Positions 57,212-64,000 of a stretch of 64,000 nucleotides of DNA are shown one piece after another (position 1 is the stretch's first letter; each line of letters begins with the position of its first letter). The stretch is taken from assembly GCA_025558095.1 (NCBI GenBank), contig JAIVFI010000013.1:124001-188000 (forward strand). Reading direction: 5' to 3'. The DNA is from Hyaloraphidium curvatum SAG 235-1. Its lineage: Eukaryota > Fungi > Monoblepharomycota. The notes under the pieces were generated by a model, which was not told the DNA's origin, made no database searches, and saw only the letters and a program-made list of their open reading frames with translations. The translations under genes and the position numbers were made by a program.

Positions 57212-58396
57212 ATGGCCGAAGAGTTCCTGATTATCGACACGGACGGCGGCGCTGACGATGCCGTGGCGATTTGTACCGCCCTCAGGCACTGCCGCCAGGC
57301 CTCCTCCCTCTCCCGCGTGGGGTACTCCGCACCAACTTTACTCGCCATATCGACCGTATTTGGGAACGTGACCGTGTCGCAGGCCACGGCCAACGTCAAA
57401 TGCATCCTTTTTCATTACGCGAGCTTTGCGCTGAACAGCAGCAGCCGTGACTCCTTCCATGACTCGCTCCCGGCGGTGTACGAGGGAGCCGATGGCCCTC
57501 TGATTCGGACAGATGAATCATTCGTTTACGGGAAGACGACCTACGAGGGCTACGGGAAGGATGGAATGGGGGGCTGCACGGACGTAAAGGCCGCGTACGG
57601 GAAGATGGCAGCCGAAGCTAGCGCCAAGATTCCCACAGGCCACGTGCCCGTGGCACAGTACCTCGCGCAGGCGGCCAGGGACCACCGAGGGAAGCTGACC
57701 GTGGTCGCGCTGGGACCGCTTACGAACATTGCTTTGGCCTGCCGGCTGGATCCGATGTTCATGAGCAATTTGAAAGCGCTCGTGGTCATGGGCGGGAGCG
57801 TCCTCGCCATGGGCAACATGGGAACGGCCGAATTCAACTTTTTCCTGTGCCCAGAGAGCGCACAGGTTGTCTTTGCGAACGCCAGCAAGGCGTCGGCCGA
57901 GTCGGCGCAGCCGAAGCTCGTTCTCGCACCCATGGAGCTCTGTCAGGACCACGCGTTGAGCTGGGACTTTTACGACGAGATCCGCGGCCTGGGCACGCCC
58001 ATGAGCCGCTTCTTCGCCGCCTTCACGGCCGCAGTGGAGAAGCTCTGCCGCCCCGGCCCCGATGCGGTGCACGCGAGGAGCAGGTCGGGCTCGCACTACT
58101 CGACCATCCGCCACGTCCTGCTCGCGCAGCGCAAGGCGGACTCCTTCTTCAACCCGTGGGACCTGTTTGCCGTGATCCCGTGCCTGGACCCGTACGCGGT
58201 GCTCTCGTACGTGGACGCGCACGTCGCGATCGGGCTGCACGGCGAGGCGAGGGGGCAGTGCGTGGTTTCGTGGGCGTCGGCGACGATCGAGGGCGCGGAA
58301 CGGCGGAGCGGGACGCGGCCGCAAAACGTCCGCATCCTCACAGAGCTGGACCGTGCCAGGATTAGGGAGATGACGCTGAGCGCGTTCGCCGGTTAA
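57212..58396 (+). CDS. Inosine-uridine preferring nucleoside hydrolase
   Basis: IIDTDGGADDA, TVFGNV, ALGPLTNIALA, VVMGG, AEFNF..PESA. Intronless. Confidence 0.92.
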   Translation: MAEEFLIIDTDGGADDAVAICTALRHCRQASSLSRVGYSAPTLLAISTVFGNVTVSQATANVKCILFHYASFALNSSSRDSFHDSLPAVYEGADGPLIRTDESFVYGKTTYEGYGKDGMGGCTDVKAAYGKMAAEASAKIPTGHVPVAQYLAQAARDHRGKLTVVALGPLTNIALACRLDPMFMSNLKALVVMGGSVLAMGNMGTAEFNFFLCPESAQVVFANASKASAESAQPKLVLAPMELCQDHALSWDFYDEIRGLGTPMSRFFAAFTAAVEKLCRPGPDAVHARSRSGSHYSTIRHVLLAQRKADSFFNPWDLFAVIPCLDPYAVLSYVDAHVAIGLHGEARGQCVVSWASATIEGAERRSGTRPQNVRILTELDRARIREMTLSAFAG

Positions 58397-58585
58397 CTCT
58401 CCCCGGAGGCCAGATGCAATGGGACCATAGAGTTCTAGGCATCGTGCTTTCCTATTGGATATGGTACATGAGGTTGTTCCGAACGCCTCACGCGCAAATA
58501 TACGATCTGACACATGTCAGGGCAACAGCTAGACTAAGGGGCGCCAATTCCGAGCGTCGGCCACCTCCGATCACCAGCGTCCGTT

Positions 58586-61500
58586 TCATCGAGCGAAGCC
58601 GAGCCAGCGGAGCAGCCGGCTCCACCGTCCCGCGGCGGGCTCCTCCGACCGCTTGTTTCTCCGGCGCGGGATGCTCCTCCGCATCCGCCTCGAGGCCGGC
58701 TGGCCCGGGAACTGCGTCTCGTCCCTGCAGAGCTTCAGCTGCTGCAAGTTGACGCCGATCCCGCGGCCGTACGGCGTCGGCTCGAGGATGGCGTTTCCGG
58801 TGGGGGTGTTGAAGCGGAAGTCGTAGGTCCTCCAGCCGACGTTGGGCTGCAGGGCGATGCTCTGGTCCACGATGCCCGTGTCGCCGTCCCAGACCTCCAG
58901 GATGACGCCCGAGCCGTTGGTCTGCACGGTCAGAGAAGTGATCCAGAAGCCCTTGCCGTCGGTGGTGAAGACGGCGTCGCCGCCGTTGGGGTTCAGGCAC
59001 GGGTAGTTGGAGAGCGAAGGCGGGCAGAACTGCGTGAGGGTGGAAGGCGGCAGGAGGCTGAAGTAGTCGACGTCGGCAAAGTCCGCAGGGGGCTGCGGTG
59101 GATTCGCAGGGTCTCCAAACACGGCCTGGAGGCACAATGCGAATCAGAAAGGGCGTCACGCAGCAATGCAGCAATGCTCACCGTCCAGCAGGTCCTGAAG
59201 TTGTTGGTCTGGCCGCAGTTGGTCTGCGGGTTGCCCTGCACGAGCTGGGAGTACGCCTCCTTGCACCATCCGTCCGCGTACTCGGTACAGGTGCGGCCGG
59301 TGTTGGAGTTGGGCGGGTTCGCGCCCCCGTTGCAGTTTGCGTTGTCGTACCAGTTGCACGAGTCCGCGTTCGCGCCCCAGCACTGGATGCTGCCGCCCGC
59401 GGTGACCTGGACGTAAAGCGACTGGTTGCGGTCCTGGCAGGACTGGATGCACTTCCAAGAACCGGGCACGCCGGTCGAGGTCGACGTCGATGTCGTCACG
59501 GAGGTCGTCGGGGGACTCGACGTGGTCGTCCGCGAAGTGGTCGCCTGCGAAATGGTCGTCGTCGGCGGGCGGGACGTCGTGGTCGGGCCGCCGGTGGTGG
59601 TCGTGGCGTCGCACGGGGTCTGCGGCTTGCCCTCAGCGAGCTGGCCCCAGGCTTCCTGGCACCAGGACTTGGTGTTGTCGGAGCAGCCGATGAGGGTCTG
59701 GTCGTTGCCGGGTCCGGTCGGGGGGGCCGTAAGGCCTCCGCAGTTGGCCGACTTGTACCAGTGGCAGTTGGTGTCATCCCAGGCCGAGCAGACGACGATG
59801 CCGTTCTGGATGCGCACAAAGACCGAATCGCCGTTGTCGGCGCACGACTGGATGCACTTCCACGGCGTGTCCGGCGGAGGAGTAGTGGTGGTCGTGGTCG
59901 TCGTGGTCGTCGGAGGGGCGGGAGTCGTCGTGGTGGTTGCCGAGGTGATGTTGCAGACCGTCTGGGGCTGGTTCAGGACGCGCTGGTTCCTGGCCTCCCA
60001 GCACCACGATCCCTGGCTGTAGTCCGTGCAGGGCCTTCCGGTGCCGTTCGTCGGGCTCGGGGGCGACGCGCCGCCGTCGCAGTTGCCGTTGGTGTACCAG
60101 GTGCAGGTCTCGAGGTTCGGGCCGCTGCACCAGATACCCGAATCGCCGTCGAGACGGACCCAGGTCGAGAAGCCGTCGTTGCGGCACGACTGGATGCAGG
60201 ACCACACCCAGGTTGGTTGGGCAGAGGTCGTCGTTGTGGCGGTGGTGACCGACGTGGTCTGCGTGGGCTCCGTGCATACTGGAGGGTTACCGGCGACGTA
60301 AACAGATTGGGCTTCCTTGCACCAGTGGCCGGTGGTGTCGATGGCGCCCTGCGTGCAGAAAAATCCAGAGTCGGTGTGGTTGGGGGCGGCGGTGCCCTGG
60401 CAGGTCCAATCCCAGTACCAATCGCAGTTCTGCGCGTTGGGACCCGAGCACATGATGCGCTGGCCGTCGGTCCGCACGTAGATGGAACCCCAGTTGCCGG
60501 CACCAGCGGTCGCGGCGTTGCACACGGGCATGCACTTCCACTGGCGCCACGCCGACTCGTCGCCCCCGCCGGTGCAGTTGGACGGCTTCGCGCTCAGGAT
60601 CATCTGGTTCTTCGCCTCCTTGCACCACCCCTGGTCGAAGCTGGTGCACGTCGTGCCCTGCCTGCCGGCGGTCGTGGGCGGCTTGGTGAGTCCGTTGCAG
60701 TTGCCCGTATCGTACCACGAGCACGAGGAAGCGTCGGCGCCGTCGCACATGATGGCGGTTCCGTCGGTGCGGGCAAAGAGCGACTTGCCGCCGTCGTCGC
60801 ACGACTGGATGCACTGCCAATTGGACCAGTCCGCCGAGCAGAGGGTCTGCGACTGGCCCAGGAAGATCTGGCGCCGGGCTTCCCAACACCAGGAGCCGAT
60901 GTCTGCGTAGTCCGCCTCGGTGCAGGAGCTTCCGGCCGCGCCGTTCGGCGGGCTCTCGCTGACCACAGACGCCGGTGGGGACGAGAGGCCGTCGCAGTTC
61001 TCGGATTGGTACCAAAGGCAGCTGCCCGCGGAGACGCCGCCGCACTGGATGGTCGAGCTGTTGGCGGCCTTGACCCACACCGAGTCGCCCCGCTGCTTGC
61101 ACGAGGAGATGCAGACCCAGGAGGTAGGCACAGGAACCGTGGTGGTCGTCGTGGTCGTCGTGGTCGTTGTCGTAGTCGTGCTTGGCGTCGTGAGGGTCTG
61201 GTTCGCGCAGACGCCCGGCTTGGGCAGCTGGATCGTGCCGGTCTTGCACCACATGGTCGGCAGGTAGTTGTAGCCTTCGGAGCTGCAGCGCGTCGGCGCC
61301 CCGATCATCCTCTGGAACCAGTAGGGGATCCCGGCGATGCACTCCTCCGCGGTCTTGAACCAGGGGCACTCGCCGCCGTAGCGGACGCTCGAGTTCGTGG
61401 TCATGCACTCGACGAGGGTATGCGGGGCGACGACGCGCGCAATGACCCATTTGAAATCGTCCTTGGGCGACTGCGTGCAGCCCCACGGTCCGGGCGTCTC

Positions 61501-62286
61501 GGCGGGGTCCTTGGAAGGCGGTCCGATGAGGCACGGCGACGGGGAGGCGGTGCTGGCGGTGGTGACGGTGTTCGACGGGGTGGAATCCGAAGTCGGGAGC
61601 GTGTTGGTCCCCGAGAGCGTTGCCGTGGCGACGGTGCCGCCCGAGGTCGATGTGGTTCCGTTCTTGCCGTTTTCCCAGCCGTCGCAGAGGGTCGGCTCGA
61701 GACCCTGGATCAGCTGGAGCTCGGCCTCCCAGCACCAGGTGCCCCAGGTGTAGTCGGCGCAGGTCTGGCCGGCCGTGGCGCCGACCGGGGGTTTCGAGAG
61801 GGCGCCGTTGCAGTCTCCGTCGCCGAAGAAGTAGCAGGACGTGCTGTTGGCGCCCCAGCACTGGATGGTGTTGGTGCCGTTCCTGCGCACATAGAGGGAT
61901 TTGCCGTCGTCGCCGCACGATTGGATGCAGACCCAAGGGTTGGTGCTCTGTTGCCGGGGAGGGGTGATCAATTTCGTTCCCGAAAGAAGTCTGAAGAAAT
62001 CACTCACGTTGCCCATTTGCCGGGGCTCGACGAGCATCAGTCCGGAAGAGGTTTCTGACGGCGGAGTCGGGGCCGTCGAGCGGCCGGTAAAGAAGGAGGC
62101 GACTGGTGACGGGTGACAGGTTTGATCAGAAGGGCGAGGGCGGCGAAAGACCGGTCGAAGCTCACTGTCATCAAAAATGTTGGCCTGCGCTATTTGAGTG
62201 CCTCCCAAAAGAATCAGGAGAGCTGCTCCAACCAGGCCGGAGGTCGGCGACCGAGGTCGGCCGGGACGCAAGCTCAGCAGCGCCAT
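58586..62286 (-). CDS. Large secreted protein with 8 Cys/Trp-rich repeats, Thr-rich linkers and a C-terminal beta-rich domain
   Basis: Signal-like N-terminus; 8 x W-x-C-x3-C...VR...C-x-G-x5-C-x-WY...C-x-G...PP...C...WC-x-EA. Introns near the 5' end and at ~59127-59181. Confidence 0.85.
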
Positions 62287-63058
62287 GGCGGGATCTTCGA
62301 AAGCCAGTCCAGACGTTTTAAGACGCACCGAAAGCAGATTTGAAGCACGAGAATAGCCAATGCCGCGGGGAGGAATGGCGGAAAGCGAAGGTCAGTCAAC
62401 GCTACGGCCAGGGTTGACAGGCGGGCACGGCCACCCCGCAAACAATGGCCCGCCGCCCCGGCCCTGCCGCACCGTAGTGGGCATTCAACTGCTAAGAAAC
62501 AGCGGGGCGTGGTCGTCTCGGGCCGGCAGGCAGATCCGCACCGGGTGCGGCGGCACTGATCAAACTTGACACCTCACCTGACAAGGGTCGCGGCCGGCGA
62601 AATCCGGGTCCGTGGCACCGGAAACAGGGCGGATCCCGCTATTGAAGGCTTGCCGAAGCAGCAGACGCGGCCCGCGGGGTATCCGACCGAGCGAAGGTGC
62701 CGTGTTGACAAGGGTCGGAGTCCGGATCCGGAAGGTCGGACCAAGTTCGGCGACCTGCCTGCAACCGCAGCAGCGCCGGTGTAGCGCTGCCGTGGAGAGG
62801 CGCCGGTTTAGGAGGGAGGAGGGAGATCCGTCCGCTCCTTGAACGTGTGAGGGCGCGGAGCAATTCGAAACAGTTGGTGTTGGCCGCGGCACGGAGCGCG
62901 AACTCCGACTGGCCCGGCCGGGCGCCAGGGGGCTGATCCCCCACCAATGCCGCGCCAATGTACTTGTTCTGCCGATCTCCAATCAAATCTAGTTTCCAAC
63001 GAGCGTTTCGGGACGCACGTGTCCGCAAGCCCCTCCCAGCGTCACGCCAGCGAGCTGA

Positions 63059-64000
63059 TCAGAGCTTCGCCTTGGAGCCCACCGCCCCGGCGACCCTGAA
63101 GTACTCGTCCTCCAGCTTAAACCCGCCGCGCTTCTTGCCCCCGTTCACGCGGTCCAGGTAGGCCTTGAGCCGCTTCTTGAGGTCCTCGGATCCCTCGGGG
63201 ATCGGGGTGACGGCGCCGCCGTACGAGACAAAGTTGACCGAGGTCTCCGGGGGCGAGGTCGGGTTCTCGCTGAGCTCCACGATCCACTTGGACGCCCGCT
63301 CGAAGAAGACCTCGGTCTGCTTGAGGAAGCGGTAGAACTGGAACACGTGGACTTGGCTAGGGACAATGGAAACGGTCAGCAACAACGAAAGAGCTCCAAC
63401 GCCCAGAGACCTACTCCTCGTAGATGTCCACGGTGCAGTTTTCCCCGGCGCCCTCAATCCGCTTCACCACCATGGCGAGGTTCTCGCCGATGAGGCGGTC
63501 AGCGGTGGCCAGCGCCCAGAACTGCGGGGGCAGGTCGCCCTTGTTGTCCGCCAGCGGAGTGACCAGCGCGTCCGCCACCACGGACTCCTTGCCGGTGACG
63601 TACTCGGGCACGGGGGCGAAGCTCGAGTCGCTGATCACGTCGTTTTCGAACTCCTCCTTGATCACCCGGGTGGGCGAGCTGTTTGTGAGGTCGTTCCAGG
63701 GGCTGATGAGGATCAGGCCAGCGGGGCGGGGGATGTCCTCGTTCGAGCCGTGGTCGCGGACCTTTCGATAAGTCAGCGTGGAGCCGATGCAAGACAGCGG
63801 TGTCTGCTCACCCAGATGGCGGCCGCCTGGGCAAGGTTGCCTCCCGCCGAGTCGCCGCCGAAGAAGATCCTTTCCTCCGAAACACCGTCGTTGAGGAGAA
63901 GGTGCTTGTACGCGGAGATGGCGTCAGTGAGGGCGGCTGAAGACGGCGTGAGCGCTAAAGAGAGAAAAGGCGAGGAGGCAAGCTAACCAGGGAAGGGGTT
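63059..64000 (-). CDS. Alpha/beta hydrolase (HSL/steryl acetyl hydrolase-like), 5'-partial, ends -AKL
   Basis: FGGDSAGGNL, GLILISPW, HVFQ. Several introns; runs off the window. Confidence 0.85.

Noticed and set aside
59480-61190. (GTG/GTC)n microsatellite-like runs
   Set aside because: They are the Thr codons of linkers in the minus-strand repeat protein.
1-64000. Many long overlapping ORFs in the six-frame track (e.g. 59098..62058 +, 10659..12287 -, 30686..32689 -, 29484..31166 +)
   Set aside because: These are antisense or shifted-frame shadows of real genes, caused by high GC3 and few stop codons. The translations are Arg/Pro/Gly-rich with no motifs.
1-64000. Bacterial contig or contamination
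   Set aside because: Spliceosomal introns occur throughout, and eukaryote-specific genes (SEH1, IPI3, COX16, BTB, F-box-like) are interleaved with the bacterial-type genes.

Overview
This is eukaryotic, gene-dense, GC-rich genomic DNA with many short (~45-70 nt) spliceosomal introns. It is most likely a fungus, based on an OLE1 desaturase with a C-terminal cytochrome b5 domain plus COX16, IPI3, SEH1 and SPS19-like genes. The style suggests an early-diverging, chytrid-grade lineage (inference). About 40 protein-coding loci were assembled by hand across introns. They include housekeeping genes, many enzymes of bacterial-looking families (several carrying introns and PTS1/KDEL-type tails), and several secreted Cys-rich repeat proteins. 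No rRNA, tRNA, CRISPR array or intact transposon was recognised. Main findings: (1) two near-identical adjacent introns flank a 14-nt microexon in an acyl-CoA synthetase, suggesting recent intron copying; (2) two paralogous 7-TM proteins have gustatory-receptor/7TMIC-like topology and lie near a tandem-RGS protein with a signal peptide; (3) a LigB/DODA-type dioxygenase ends in KDEL, but its signal peptide is readable only from a non-AUG (ACG) start; (4) five PTS1-like C-termini occur in the window; (5) there are novel-looking Cys-rich repeat modules, one shared between a 5'-nucleotidase and its neighbour; (6) several genes are broken by single-base deletions or an internal stop. All family calls come from motif recognition by eye, not from database searches.
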